The translations under genes and the position numbers were made by a program. Shown piece by piece: positions 53,937 to 63,579 of a stretch of DNA of 64,000 bases. Under the pieces are notes generated by a model. That model made no database searches. It was not told the origin of the DNA and worked only from the letters and a program-made list of their open reading frames with translations. Location: the NCBI GenBank assembly GCA_900548115.1, contig URJL01000004.1:7101-71100 (forward strand), read 5' to 3'. Positions within the stretch are counted from its first letter, which is position 1. Each line of letters begins with the position of its first letter. The DNA is from an uncultured Eubacteriales bacterium. GTDB taxonomy: Bacteria > Bacillota > Clostridia > Oscillospirales > CAG-382.

Positions 53937-54950
53937 TTATTTCATCTCGGAGAGCTGAACGGGTCTGCCCTCTGAGACGGATTTCTTCGCCGCAAGCGCA
54001 ACAAGGATGGAGTTAAGGCCGTCCTCACCGGTGGTGGGGGTGGCTTTATCCTCGAGCACCGCCTCGACGAACTGAAGCATCTCATCTCTGAAAGACTGCA
54101 TATATCTCTCAAGGAAGAAATACAGGGGCTTGTCGGCTACTACGCCCTCGTCGCCCATAAAGACGACGTTGGTCGGCGTGTCGTTGGAGGCGACAGCCGC
54201 GCCCTTGCTGCCGAATACCTCGACTCTCTGGTCGTAGCCGTAAGCGGCACGTCTGCTGTTATCAATAACGCCGACTGCACCGTTTGCGAATTTAAGGCTG
54301 ATAACCGCGGTGTCAACGTCGCCCGCCGCGCCGATAGCCGGGTCAACAAGGCAGGTCGCGTTCGCATAGACCTCGGTGACTTCGCTTCCCGCAAGGAAAC
54401 GAGCCATATCGAAATCATGGATGGTCATATCGAGGAACATACCGCCGCTGACTGCCGAATACTCTGCCGGCGGGGGAGCGGGATCCCTCGAGGTGATTTT
54501 GACGATGTGGACGTCGCCGATCTTGCCGTCGGCGACCATAGCTCTGACGTTTGCAAAGTTGTGGTCAAAGCGGCGGTTGAAGCCGACCTGCAGCTTGACG
54601 CCCGCCTTCTTGACGGCGGCGATAACTGCCTTGACCTTCTCGGGGGTCAGGTCAACGGGCTTCTCGCAGAAGATGTGCTTGCCTGCCTCGGCAGCCTCGA
54701 TAGCGATATCGGCGTGCGTGTCGGTCGAGGAGCAGATGAGCACTGCTTCGACGTTGGGGTCGGCGAGCATCTGCTTATAGTCGTCATAAATGACGGGGAT
54801 ATTAAGCTCGGCAGCGACTTTTTCGGCGTTCGCTCTGAAAACATCGGTGATACCGACGACCGTAGCGGTCGGCACGTTGTAGGTGATCGACTTTGCGTGA
54901 AGCGAGCCGATGCGGCCTGCGCCGATGATGCCAATTTTGAGTTGCTTCAT
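53937..54950 (-). CDS. iolG: Gfo/Idh/MocA oxidoreductase, inositol 2-dehydrogenase-like
   Basis: IGIIGAGRIG, FCEKP, GFNRRFD and SGGMFLDMTIHDFDM motifs are typical of IolG/IdhA-type enzymes. Confidence 0.7.
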   Translation of the reverse strand: MKQLKIGIIGAGRIGSLHAKSITYNVPTATVVGITDVFRANAEKVAAELNIPVIYDDYKQMLADPNVEAVLICSSTDTHADIAIEAAEAGKHIFCEKPVDLTPEKVKAVIAAVKKAGVKLQVGFNRRFDHNFANVRAMVADGKIGDVHIVKITSRDPAPPPAEYSAVSGGMFLDMTIHDFDMARFLAGSEVTEVYANATCLVDPAIGAAGDVDTAVISLKFANGAVGVIDNSRRAAYGYDQRVEVFGSKGAAVASNDTPTNVVFMGDEGVVADKPLYFFLERYMQSFRDEMLQFVEAVLEDKATPTTGEDGLNSILVALAAKKSVSEGRPVQLSEMK

Positions 54951-55039
54951 TTTATCGTTCCTTTCAATAAGATAAGGGTTGCCCCATTCCTGTTAATTTT
55001 AACACACATTTTATATGAATTCAACAGAATCGGCAGCAA

Positions 55040-55285
55040 TTATTTAGAATATTTTTCTTTTGTCGCCATGCCGCCCCTGATGTGACGCTCCGCCTTGTTG
55101 ATATCGAGTATCGTGCGTACCTCGGAGTACAGCGGCGGATTCAGCTTCCGAAGACGCTCGGTTATATCCATATGTACCGTTGATTTGCTCACGCCGAATT
55201 TCTTTGCGGCGGCTCTGACGGTGGTGCGGTTCGCGACGATATATTCGGCCAATTCCACGGCCCGCTGCTCAACTAAACCTTTCAA
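55040..55285 (-). CDS. spoIIID: stage III sporulation transcriptional regulator SpoIIID
   Basis: 81 aa. ..YIVANRTTVRAAAKKFGVSKSTVHMDITERL....HIRGGMATKEKY matches SpoIIID closely. TTG start 6 nt after GGGAGGG. Confidence 0.9.
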   Translation of the reverse strand: MKGLVEQRAVELAEYIVANRTTVRAAAKKFGVSKSTVHMDITERLRKLNPPLYSEVRTILDINKAERHIRGGMATKEKYSK

Positions 55286-55315
55286 TATCAGCCCTCCCGT
55301 TCGCTATATCATTAG

Positions 55316-55342
55316 ATACTATGACAAACGGCGGGGGAATAT
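55316..55342 (-). promoter_or_regulatory. sigmaE-like promoter of spoIIID
   Basis: Minus strand reads ATATT-14 nt-CATAGTAT. The B. subtilis sigmaE consensus is ATATT-N14-CATACAnT. The -10 lies 30 nt upstream of the start codon. Confidence 0.45.
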
Positions 55343-55391
55343 TACAAATGAAAAGGCGCAGCCGGGTCGATGCCTGACTGCGCCAAAAATG

Positions 55392-56369
55392 TTATCTGTC
55401 CTCTCTGAAATACGAGAGACCGAGGCTTGCGGGGGGCTGATTCTCCCTCTTCTGCCTCATGCTTATCACCACGAGCACGACGATGGTGACAACATACGGT
55501 GTCATCTTCAGCAGCTCCTGGGTCTCGAATGCGAGGTTCGGGATATAGTTGTGGATGATGAAAAGTCCGCCGAAAAGTATCGAGCCGAGTATGCCGATAT
55601 TCGGGCGCCACACGGCGAATATGACAAGGGCGATGGCGAGCCAGCCTCTGTCGCCGAAGCCGTCGTTTGACCATACGCCGCAGGCATAATCCATGACGTA
55701 ATAGAGGCCGCCGAGACCCGCTATCACGCTGCCGATGCAGGTGGAGAGATACTTGTATTTGCTCACGTTGATGCCTGCTGCGTCAGCTGTTGCGGGGTTC
55801 TCGCCGACTGCGCGGAGCTGGAGACCCGACTTGGTGCGGGAGAAGAAATAGGCAGCGACAAGGGCAATTATGATTGCGGCGTAGGCAAGGAAGCTGTAGG
55901 AGAGGAACACCTCGCCGAACCAGCCGAGCTTGGTTGCAAAGGGAAGCTCGGTCTTGAAGTTGTTGCTCGTTGCGGTGAGGGCTATCGAGGGGAGCTCGCT
56001 GCCCGTGATCTTGATGAGCGAGCCGCCGAAGAAGTTGCCGAAGCCGACGCCGAAGGTGGTCAGCGCAAGGCCGGTGACATTCTGATTTGCCCTTAGTGTG
56101 ACGGTGAGCACGCAATAGATAAGACCCATCACAAGAGAGCCGAACATTGACGCGAGCAGGGGAATGAGCACGGAGAGGAACGGGTTTATCTCCGCCGCCG
56201 AGCTCTCGTAGACAAAGGCTCCGATAACGCCCGAGATGCCGCCGACATACATGATGCCGGGGATGCCGAGGTTAAGGTTGCCGCCCTTCTCGGTGATGAT
56301 CTCGCCCGTTGAGCCGAACAAAAGGGGGATGCCCTGCATGACTGCACGCTGAATGAATGCAACTATCAT
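55392..56369 (-). CDS. ABC transporter permease (BMP/nucleoside uptake system, NupQ-like)
   Basis: 325-aa polytopic protein. Start overlaps the upstream stop (TAATG). Confidence 0.85.
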   Translation of the reverse strand: MIVAFIQRAVMQGIPLLFGSTGEIITEKGGNLNLGIPGIMYVGGISGVIGAFVYESSAAEINPFLSVLIPLLASMFGSLVMGLIYCVLTVTLRANQNVTGLALTTFGVGFGNFFGGSLIKITGSELPSIALTATSNNFKTELPFATKLGWFGEVFLSYSFLAYAAIIIALVAAYFFSRTKSGLQLRAVGENPATADAAGINVSKYKYLSTCIGSVIAGLGGLYYVMDYACGVWSNDGFGDRGWLAIALVIFAVWRPNIGILGSILFGGLFIIHNYIPNLAFETQELLKMTPYVVTIVVLVVISMRQKRENQPPASLGLSYFREDR

Positions 56370-57481
56370 TATTTGCTCGCCTCCTTTTTGGACTCACGGA
56401 ACTTGATGGTGTAATTGATAAAGAATTCGCTGCCGATGATGAAGAATATGATGATACCTGTCAGGATCTCGGAGAATGAGCCGTTGAGGCCGAATCTGGT
56501 CGAGATCTCGTCGGCGCCCTTCTCAAGGAACACGAGCAGGAAGGAGGTCAGCACCATATAGATAGGGTTGAATTTTGCAAGCCATGAAACCATTATTGCG
56601 GTGAAGCCTCTGCCCGCTATGGTGTCTCTGGTGACGGTGTGGTCGGTGCCCGCAACGAGGAGCAGACCGCTCAGGCCGCATATTGCGCCGGAGAGAAGCA
56701 TCGTTCTCATTATGACCTTTTTGACGTTGATGCCGATGTATCTTGCGGTATTTTCACTCTCGCCGACAACGGATATCTCGTAGCCGTGCTTGCTGTATTT
56801 GAGATAGATATACATAACGACCGTCAGCACTGCGACGATGATTATGTTAAGCAGATAAGCCTGACCGCCGATCTTGGGGAACCAGCCCGCATTGGTGGAA
56901 GCGTTGATGACGCCGATGTGACCCGAGCCCTTGGGGTTTGACCACTTGTAGCAGAAGAATGAAACTATCTGCATTGCAATGTAGTTCATCATAAGGGTGA
57001 AGAGAGTCTCGTTGGTGTTCCACTTCGCCTTGAAGAAAGCGGGGATAAACGCCCAAACAGCGCCCGCCGCAATGCTGGTGATTATCATCAGCGGGATGAG
57101 GAAATATGAGGGGAGCTGGTCGCCGAAGAGTATCATGCACGCCGCGGTGGCAAGGCCGCCGACGAGCGCCTGACCCTCGGCGCCGATATTCCAGAATTTC
57201 ATCTTGAAAGCCGGAGTAACGGCAAGCGAAACACAAAGGAGCATTGCGAGGTTTTGCAGGAGCGCCCAAATTCTTCTCTTTGTGCCGAATGCGCCCTCAA
57301 ACATGGTGGCGTAGACAGCGAAGGGATTCTCGCCCGTGAGCAGCACGGTGACGACGGCGCAGACTATCAGCGCGGCTAAAATAGAGAGAATTCTGATTAT
57401 CCATGACTGCCAGAAGGGGATGGCCGCACGCTTTGCAATGTGGAAGAGCGGCTCGTGATGCTGCTTATTCGGCTTGCTCAT
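56369..57481 (-). CDS. ABC transporter permease (NupP-like)
   Basis: Polytopic protein. Start chosen at ATG 57481, which is preceded by GGAGGTGA. Confidence 0.85.
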   Translation of the reverse strand: MSKPNKQHHEPLFHIAKRAAIPFWQSWIIRILSILAALIVCAVVTVLLTGENPFAVYATMFEGAFGTKRRIWALLQNLAMLLCVSLAVTPAFKMKFWNIGAEGQALVGGLATAACMILFGDQLPSYFLIPLMIITSIAAGAVWAFIPAFFKAKWNTNETLFTLMMNYIAMQIVSFFCYKWSNPKGSGHIGVINASTNAGWFPKIGGQAYLLNIIIVAVLTVVMYIYLKYSKHGYEISVVGESENTARYIGINVKKVIMRTMLLSGAICGLSGLLLVAGTDHTVTRDTIAGRGFTAIMVSWLAKFNPIYMVLTSFLLVFLEKGADEISTRFGLNGSFSEILTGIIIFFIIGSEFFINYTIKFRESKKEASK

Positions 57482-59012
57482 GGTTCTCACCTCCGTCATT
57501 TTTGGTCATAAGAAGTCCGACTTCTTCTTTGGTGGCGGTGCGGGCGTCGACAATGCCTGTCACTTTGCCTGAGTTGATGACAAGGATCCTGTCGCACAGC
57601 TCAAGCAGCACGTCCAGATCCTCGCCGACGAATATAACGGCGACGCCGCTTTCTTTCTGCTTATTGAGAAGATTATATATAAGGTAGGAGGAGTTGATGT
57701 CAAGGCCTCTGACGGGGTAAGCCGCCATGAATACGGTCGGGGAGGCCGCAATCTCTCTGCCGACGAGCACTTTTTGGACGTTACCGCCCGAAAGGCGTCT
57801 GACAGGGGTGCTTGCGCCGGGGGTGACGACCTCGAGGTCGTTGATTATCTTCTGAGCCAGATCCTTGGGCTGCTTGCGCTCAAGCAGGAAGGTCTTGCCC
57901 TTGCGGTAGCTGCGGAGCATCATGTTGTCAACGATATCCATGTTGCCTACAAGACCCATACCGAGCCTGTCCTCGGGTACGAATGAGAGACGGACTCCCA
58001 GCTCTCTTATCTGGAGCGGGGTCTTGTCACGCAGGTTGTCTATCTTGCCGTTCTTGGGGTTGTTGTAGAGGATGTTGCCCTCCTTGACGGGCTGGAGACC
58101 CGCTATGGATTCGAGCAGCTCACGCTGACCGCTGCCCGCAATGCCCGCGATGCCGAGGATTTCACCGGAGTAAGCGGTGAAGGTGACGTCGCTCAGCAGC
58201 TTTGTGCCCTCACGGTTGACGCAGCTTAGATCCTTGACCTCAAGGCGTGCTTCGGGGTTCAGCGGCTCGCTGCGCTCGATGTTGAGGCTTATCTTTTTGC
58301 CGACCATCATCTCGGTGAGCTGGGATTCGTTGGTTTCGGAGGTCTTGACCGTGCCGATGTATTCGCCCTTACGCAGGACGGATACCCTGTCGGAGAGGGC
58401 AAGCACTTCGTGGAGCTTGTGAGTGATGATGATTATCGCCTTGCCGTCGTCGCGCATACGGCGCAGGATGGCGAAGAGCTTGCGGGTCTCCTGCGGGGTG
58501 AGCACGGCGGTCGGCTCGTCCAGAATAAGTATATCCGCGCCTCTGTAAAGCACCTTGATTATCTCAACGGTCTGCTTCTCGGAGACGGACATTTCATATA
58601 TTTTTTTGTTGGGATCAATCTCAAAGCCGTACTGCTCGCTGATGGCCTTTATCTTGGCGCAGGAGCGCTTGAGGTTATAGCCCTCTTTTTCGTCGAGACC
58701 GAGCACGATATTCTCAGCCGCCGAGAATACGTCGACGAGCTTGAAATGCTGATGTATCATGCCTATCTTGTAGTCAAAGGCGTCCTTGGGGGAGCGGATG
58801 ACTACCTCCTCGCCGTTGATGAATATTTGGCCGTGGTCGGGGAAATAAATGCCGGATATCATATTCATCAGCGTGGTCTTACCGCTGCCGTTTTCGCCGA
58901 GGATTGAGAGGATTTCGCCACGGTTAACGGTCAGGCAGACGTCTTTATTGGCAACGACGTGCCCAAAGGTCTTGGTTATGTTTTTGAGTTCAATTGCAGC
59001 GTTTGTGCCCAC
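57465..59012 (-). CDS. ABC transporter ATP-binding protein with duplicated ATPase domains
   Basis: Walker A GENGSGKTT, signature VSEKQTVEI / LSGGNVQK, Walker B ILILDEPT; 515 aa. Confidence 0.9.
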   Translation of the reverse strand: MGTNAAIELKNITKTFGHVVANKDVCLTVNRGEILSILGENGSGKTTLMNMISGIYFPDHGQIFINGEEVVIRSPKDAFDYKIGMIHQHFKLVDVFSAAENIVLGLDEKEGYNLKRSCAKIKAISEQYGFEIDPNKKIYEMSVSEKQTVEIIKVLYRGADILILDEPTAVLTPQETRKLFAILRRMRDDGKAIIIITHKLHEVLALSDRVSVLRKGEYIGTVKTSETNESQLTEMMVGKKISLNIERSEPLNPEARLEVKDLSCVNREGTKLLSDVTFTAYSGEILGIAGIAGSGQRELLESIAGLQPVKEGNILYNNPKNGKIDNLRDKTPLQIRELGVRLSFVPEDRLGMGLVGNMDIVDNMMLRSYRKGKTFLLERKQPKDLAQKIINDLEVVTPGASTPVRRLSGGNVQKVLVGREIAASPTVFMAAYPVRGLDINSSYLIYNLLNKQKESGVAVIFVGEDLDVLLELCDRILVINSGKVTGIVDARTATKEEVGLLMTKNDGGENHEQAE

Positions 59013-59040
59013 TTTGGTTCCTCCTACTTTTAAATCTCAA

Positions 59041-59073
59041 AAGCCGATTAGCTTTAGGCGTGATAATCGGCTT
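59041..59073 (-). terminator. intercistronic hairpin between the binding-protein and ATPase genes
   Basis: AAGCCGATTA/TAATCGGCTT 10-bp stem flanked by an A-run and a T-run. Likely a partial terminator or mRNA stabiliser. Confidence 0.5.
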
Positions 59074-59148
59074 TTCAAAATTAAAACGGTAAATATAAAA
59101 TTTATTCGGGCGGAGCAGATCATGCTCCGCCCGTAATGTTATATGGAA

Positions 59149-60402
59149 TTAGAACTTGCTGTTGAGGAGAGTGATGCCGTCGATCTGTACGTTGAAGTAC
59201 GGAGCCGAACGGTACTCGGACTCGTGGAAGTAACCGTCGGAAACAGCCTCGGTGTCAGCGGTGTAGTCAGCGTCGGTGTTGACGTCTGCCATATAGGAGC
59301 TGAGCTTCTCGCCCTTAACGGTGATGAAGTTGTCCTTAGCGGTGTCGAATACATGGAGAGTGCCGGCCTTCATCTCTTCTTCAGCTGCCTTGATGGCTTC
59401 TGCGGTGCCCTTAGCCGCGACTGCTTCGTTGATGTCGGTGAGAACGACGGAGCCTTCGGTGATGCCGCCGCACCAGTCGACGTCGATAGCCTTGCCGTTA
59501 GCAACGCACTCGATCATGTAGGTCATGTAGGGAGTCCAGTCGATTCTGGAGGAAACGATGAAGGTCTTGGGGCAAGCTGCAAGAGTGCTGCCGTTGTAGG
59601 AAACGTTGGGGATACCCTTGGTCTCGCAAGCGGTGGGAGCGCCCATGGAGTCAGCGTGCTGGCTGATGAGCTTGCAGTCGTTGGCGATGAGCTTGTTGGC
59701 AGCTTCCTTTTCAGCAGCCTCGTCATACCAGCTGCCGGTGAAGATAACTTCCATGGTAGCGGTGGGGCAAACTGACTTTGCGCCGAGATAGAATGAAGTA
59801 TAGCCGGAGATAACCTCTGCATAGGTGAAGGCGCCGACATAGCCGATCTTGGCTTTTTCAGCCTTGAACTGACCGGCAGCGATCATTTCGTTGAGCTTCA
59901 TGCCTGCTGCGATACCTGCAAGGTAACGGCCCTGATAAATGGAAGCAAATGCGTTGTGGTAGTTAGCAAGATTCTCGGTGTGAGCCTTGGTGCCGGTTGC
60001 GTGGCAGAACTGGACGTTGGGGAATTCCTTAGCTGCCTGGATGATGAAATCCTCGTGGCCGAAGCTGTCGGCGAAGACGATGTCGCAGCCGCTGTCAACG
60101 AGGTCTGCCGCTGCTTCGTAGCAAGCGCTGTTCTCGGGGACGTTGGTCTTCTTGATGATCTTTGCGCCGGTAGCCTTGCAAGCTGCTTCAGCTGCGTTGA
60201 TGAAGTTGAGGTCATAGGTCGAGTTCTCATCGTGAAGGAAGATGAAACCGACCGTGAGCTCGCTTGCCGACTTGGTTACGTCTGCTGCGGGGGCGTTGGT
60301 GGAGCTGTCCTTATTGCCGTCGTCCTTGCCGCCGCAAGCTGCGAAGCTGAAAACAAGGGCGAGTGCCATAAGAATTGCGAGGATCTTTGCGAACTTCTTC
60401 AT
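59149..60402 (-). CDS. BMP-family (PnrA/Med-like) ABC substrate-binding lipoprotein
   Basis: Lipobox FAA|CGG. BMP-family pattern (VGFIFLHDENS.., GYVGAF..). Strongly C-ending codon bias. Confidence 0.85.
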   Translation of the reverse strand: MKKFAKILAILMALALVFSFAACGGKDDGNKDSSTNAPAADVTKSASELTVGFIFLHDENSTYDLNFINAAEAACKATGAKIIKKTNVPENSACYEAAADLVDSGCDIVFADSFGHEDFIIQAAKEFPNVQFCHATGTKAHTENLANYHNAFASIYQGRYLAGIAAGMKLNEMIAAGQFKAEKAKIGYVGAFTYAEVISGYTSFYLGAKSVCPTATMEVIFTGSWYDEAAEKEAANKLIANDCKLISQHADSMGAPTACETKGIPNVSYNGSTLAACPKTFIVSSRIDWTPYMTYMIECVANGKAIDVDWCGGITEGSVVLTDINEAVAAKGTAEAIKAAEEEMKAGTLHVFDTAKDNFITVKGEKLSSYMADVNTDADYTADTEAVSDGYFHESEYRSAPYFNVQIDGITLLNSKF

Positions 60403-60430
60403 TTTTGTTTACCTCCAAAAATTTTATATT

Positions 60431-61000
60431 TTATCCAAAGATGATCTTACCGTCATCAATGGACTTAATAACTGCCAGAGATTCGAGATGATATCCCTTT
60501 TTGCGAAGCTCGTCGCCGCCGGGCTGGAAGCCCTTCTCGACCACGATGCCTATGCCCTCGACCGAAGCGCCCGCCTGAGTGATAATGTCTATCAGCCCGT
60601 TGACGGCCTGGCCGTTTGCCATGAAGTCGTCGATGATGAGCACACGGTCGCCCTCATTGAGGTAATCCTTTGATATGCCGATGGTGGTGGTCACGCCCTT
60701 GGTGAAGGAGTGGACCTCGGCGGTGTAGAGATTGTTGCCCACATTCCTGTGAGCGCCTTTTTTGGCAAAAACAACAGGCACAGAAAAATATTGTGCAGTT
60801 ATACACGCTATTCCTATGCCTGAGGCTTCTATCGTAACTATTTTGTTTATGTTTGAGGCTGCAAAAAGCCTGCGGAATTCCTTGCCGATCTCGCACAGCA
60901 ATCCCACGTCTATCTGATGGTTGAGGAACATATCGACTTTTATAATGTCCGAGCCAATGACCTTGCCCTGCTCGGCAATTCTCTGCTCCAGAAGCTCCAT
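60431..61000 (-). CDS. xpt: xanthine phosphoribosyltransferase
   Basis: 190 aa. MELLEQRI..G.V....I.KVD.FLNHQID and the PRPP motif VLIIDDFMANG. Confidence 0.9.
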   Translation of the reverse strand: MELLEQRIAEQGKVIGSDIIKVDMFLNHQIDVGLLCEIGKEFRRLFAASNINKIVTIEASGIGIACITAQYFSVPVVFAKKGAHRNVGNNLYTAEVHSFTKGVTTTIGISKDYLNEGDRVLIIDDFMANGQAVNGLIDIITQAGASVEGIGIVVEKGFQPGGDELRKKGYHLESLAVIKSIDDGKIIFG

Positions 61001-61056
61001 CGCAATCACATCCTCACCGAAAAATACAAAAAATGACGCTTGAAAAATACAATTCA

Positions 61057-61085
61057 ATTATAATTAACATTCGGTTAAAAATCAA
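61057..61085 (-). promoter_or_regulatory. sigmaA-type promoter of xpt
   Basis: Minus strand reads TTGATT-17 nt-TATAAT. Confidence 0.5.
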
Positions 61086-61161
61086 GACATTTTTTATATT
61101 TTGGGCTAATTCTGCATAATACCCAAAGATATTGTGGTTTTCGGAGTAATTTTTATCAATC

Positions 61162-61902
61162 CTACAATTGACGGATGAACTCGGCGTTGACGAATCCGGC
61201 GGTCGAGCCGTCCTCAATAAGGAACCAGTCGTTGACCCGTTCATAGACCTTGACGACCGTGCCGTCGGGCAGGGCTGCGACGATGGGGGAGTTGATGTCC
61301 GGCTTTTCGCGCACGTTTACCGCTCCGCCGTCGGTGGATATGACCGCCTGGCCGAAATAGCGCACATCGACGAATTCGACCCCGAAATAGTCGGCGACCG
61401 AGATGGCGAGATTGCGTGCGATCTCATTTATATTGCGCGAGAGCCACGAAGCGTCAAGCAGGTTGTCGTGATACGCAAGCTCAAAGAGGATGGCGGGCAT
61501 ATTTGTCTTGTTAAGCTCGATAAAAGTGCCGAGGGGCAGTATCTTTATCCTGTCGGGCAGGGGATAGATCTCCTTGTAGTTGTTTGCGAATATCGTCGCC
61601 GCCCGCTGACCCTCGCGGCTGCCTGGGTAGTAATATATCTCCGCACCCCTGACGGTGCCGGCGTACGGGTCGGGCGCCGCGTTTGAATGCAAAGCAAGAT
61701 AGAAGTCATAGCCGCCCTCGTTTGCCTGCCTTGCGGAGTCGAGAGCCGTCATTGTAGGGTCGTTCCTACCGAAGCGTATGCCGCTTGCGGCGAGATAAGG
61801 CTCCATGGCGTCGGCGATGAGGTTCATATAGTATTCCTCGCTGTTGCCCAAAACGGTCGTGTTATATTCCTGTGTGGACGGGCTTAAATAAATACTCGGC
61901 AT
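61162..61902 (-). CDS. N-acetylmuramoyl-L-alanine amidase (Amidase_3) with C-terminal SH3b domain
   Basis: LALHSNA..AEIYY..ILFELAYHDN amidase_3 motifs. SH3_3-like tail (VNVREKPDINS..V..). GGAGGTG RBS before ATG 61902. Confidence 0.8.
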   Translation of the reverse strand: MPSIYLSPSTQEYNTTVLGNSEEYYMNLIADAMEPYLAASGIRFGRNDPTMTALDSARQANEGGYDFYLALHSNAAPDPYAGTVRGAEIYYYPGSREGQRAATIFANNYKEIYPLPDRIKILPLGTFIELNKTNMPAILFELAYHDNLLDASWLSRNINEIARNLAISVADYFGVEFVDVRYFGQAVISTDGGAVNVREKPDINSPIVAALPDGTVVKVYERVNDWFLIEDGSTAGFVNAEFIRQL

Positions 61903-62006
61903 GGGTAGCACCTCCTTCACGGCCATTATATGCGGCTTTAATTTTGTTGACATTCGGGGGAACATAAATTATAATGAAATCAAATTAATACTGGGAGAAT
62001 TGTGAA

Positions 62007-62675
62007 ATGGCTTTTATCAGCGTTTTTGACGTTATCGGCCCGAATATGGTCGGCCCCTCAAGCTCGCATACCGCGGGAGCAGCCTCTATCGCCCTGCTTG
62101 CGGGCAAAATGCTCGGCGAGCGGATAAAGAGCGTTAAATTCATCCTCTACGGTTCTTTTGCCGCGACCTATAACGGCCACGGCACCGACAGGGCGCTGCT
62201 CGGCGGCATAATGGGCTTTGCGACGGATGACGTGCGTATCCGTGACTCATTTGAATATGCCGATAAGGCGGGGATAGAGTATTCGTTTGAAGAGAACACA
62301 AACGAAACTGATATCCACCCGAACACCGTTGATATCGTTATGACGGGCGAGGGCGGCAGACGGCTCACCGTCAGGGGCGAATCCCTCGGCGGCGGCAAGG
62401 TCATGCTGACCCGAATCAACGGAGTGAAGGTGCAGTTCACAGGAGAATATCACGCTTTGATAGCTGTTTATGAGGATCACCCAGGCGTTGTGGCTGCGAT
62501 AACAGCGGCGCTCAACGATAATAACGTGAATATAGCTTTCCTGCGCGTCTACCGTGAGAAAAAGGGCGGCAGGGCTTATACTATAGTCGAATCCGACGAA
62601 GAGATAACCGCCGAAGCGGTCGAAAAGATACGGGCGACCTCGCTCGTGGACGATATAATGCTTATCAGGAGGTAA
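62007..62675 (+). CDS. sdaAB: L-serine ammonia-lyase (Fe-S), beta subunit
   Basis: SVFDVIGPNMVGPSSSHTAGA N-terminus plus an ACT-like C-terminus. Confidence 0.9.
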   Translation: MAFISVFDVIGPNMVGPSSSHTAGAASIALLAGKMLGERIKSVKFILYGSFAATYNGHGTDRALLGGIMGFATDDVRIRDSFEYADKAGIEYSFEENTNETDIHPNTVDIVMTGEGGRRLTVRGESLGGGKVMLTRINGVKVQFTGEYHALIAVYEDHPGVVAAITAALNDNNVNIAFLRVYREKKGGRAYTIVESDEEITAEAVEKIRATSLVDDIMLIRR

Positions 62676-62679
62676 CGGT

Positions 62680-63558
62680 ATGGAATTTACGACCGCCGAA
62701 GAGCTGCTTGCGCTTTGCGGCAGCGAAAATATTACCATTGCGGATGTAATGCGCCGCCGTGAATCCACGGAGGGCGAGCTTGACCCGCAGACGGTTGAGG
62801 AAAAAATGAAAAAAGCTCTCGACATTATGCGTGACTCGGCTCATAAGCCGATGAGCGAGATATTGCCGTCGAGGGGCGGCATGATAGGCGGCGAGGCTGC
62901 GAAGCTGAGCGCTCACGCGGCGTCGGGCAGGTCAATCTGCGGCTCGGTGCTCACCAAGGCGCTGATATATTCGCAGGCCGTGCCCGAGGTCAACGCCTCG
63001 ATGGGCGTTATCGTCGCCGCGCCGACAGCCGGCTCGTCCGGAGTGCTTCCTGCCGTGCTTTTTGCGCTCGAGGAGGAATTCGGGCTTGATGAAGCGACTG
63101 TCCTCAACGGACTTTTTACCGCAGGGGCGATAGGCTGCCTGCTTATGCGTAACGCTTCCGTCGCAGGCGCGGAGGCGGGCTGCCAGGCGGAGGTCGGCTC
63201 GGCCTCGGCTATGGCTGCCGCCGCTGCCGTTGCAATGTTCGGCGGCTCTCCGCAGCAGAGCCTTGACGCTGCGTCGATAGCGCTGTCAAATATGCTCGGT
63301 CTTGTCTGCGACCCGATAGCCGGGCTTGTTGAGGCGCCCTGCCAGTCGAGAAATGCGGCGGGTGCGGCGAACGCCCTCACGAGCGCCGAGAGCGTGCTCA
63401 GCGGTATAAAGGCAGTCGTGCCCTTCTCCGAAATGGCGGAGGCTATGTATAAAGTCGGCAAGAGGCTTGCGCCCGAGCTGCGTGAGACTGCTTTGGGCGG
63501 CTGCGCCGCTACGCCGACGGGCTGCGCTTATAAATGCAGCATTTTCGGCTGCAAATGA
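62680..63558 (+). CDS. sdaAA: L-serine ammonia-lyase (Fe-S), alpha subunit
   Basis: ..APTAGSSGVLPA.., ..GAEAGCQAEVGSASAMAA.., ..GLVCDP..G.VE.PC motifs. Confidence 0.9.
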   Translation: MEFTTAEELLALCGSENITIADVMRRRESTEGELDPQTVEEKMKKALDIMRDSAHKPMSEILPSRGGMIGGEAAKLSAHAASGRSICGSVLTKALIYSQAVPEVNASMGVIVAAPTAGSSGVLPAVLFALEEEFGLDEATVLNGLFTAGAIGCLLMRNASVAGAEAGCQAEVGSASAMAAAAAVAMFGGSPQQSLDAASIALSNMLGLVCDPIAGLVEAPCQSRNAAGAANALTSAESVLSGIKAVVPFSEMAEAMYKVGKRLAPELRETALGGCAATPTGCAYKCSIFGCK

Positions 63559-63579
63559 CCGAACGGAGAATTATATATA

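Noticed and set aside
54376-55085. Plus-strand ORFs of 134 and 222 aa
   Set aside because: They are antisense to the iolG-like dehydrogenase, which carries clear Rossmann and GFO_IDH_MocA motifs.
61001-61161. Purine (guanine/xanthine) riboswitch expected upstream of xpt
   Set aside because: On the minus strand I could not find the conserved UAUAAU...GGAUAUGG...GUUUCUACC...CCGUAAA...GACUA elements. Only about 50 nt separate the TTGATT-17-TATAAT promoter from the start codon, which is too short for the aptamer.
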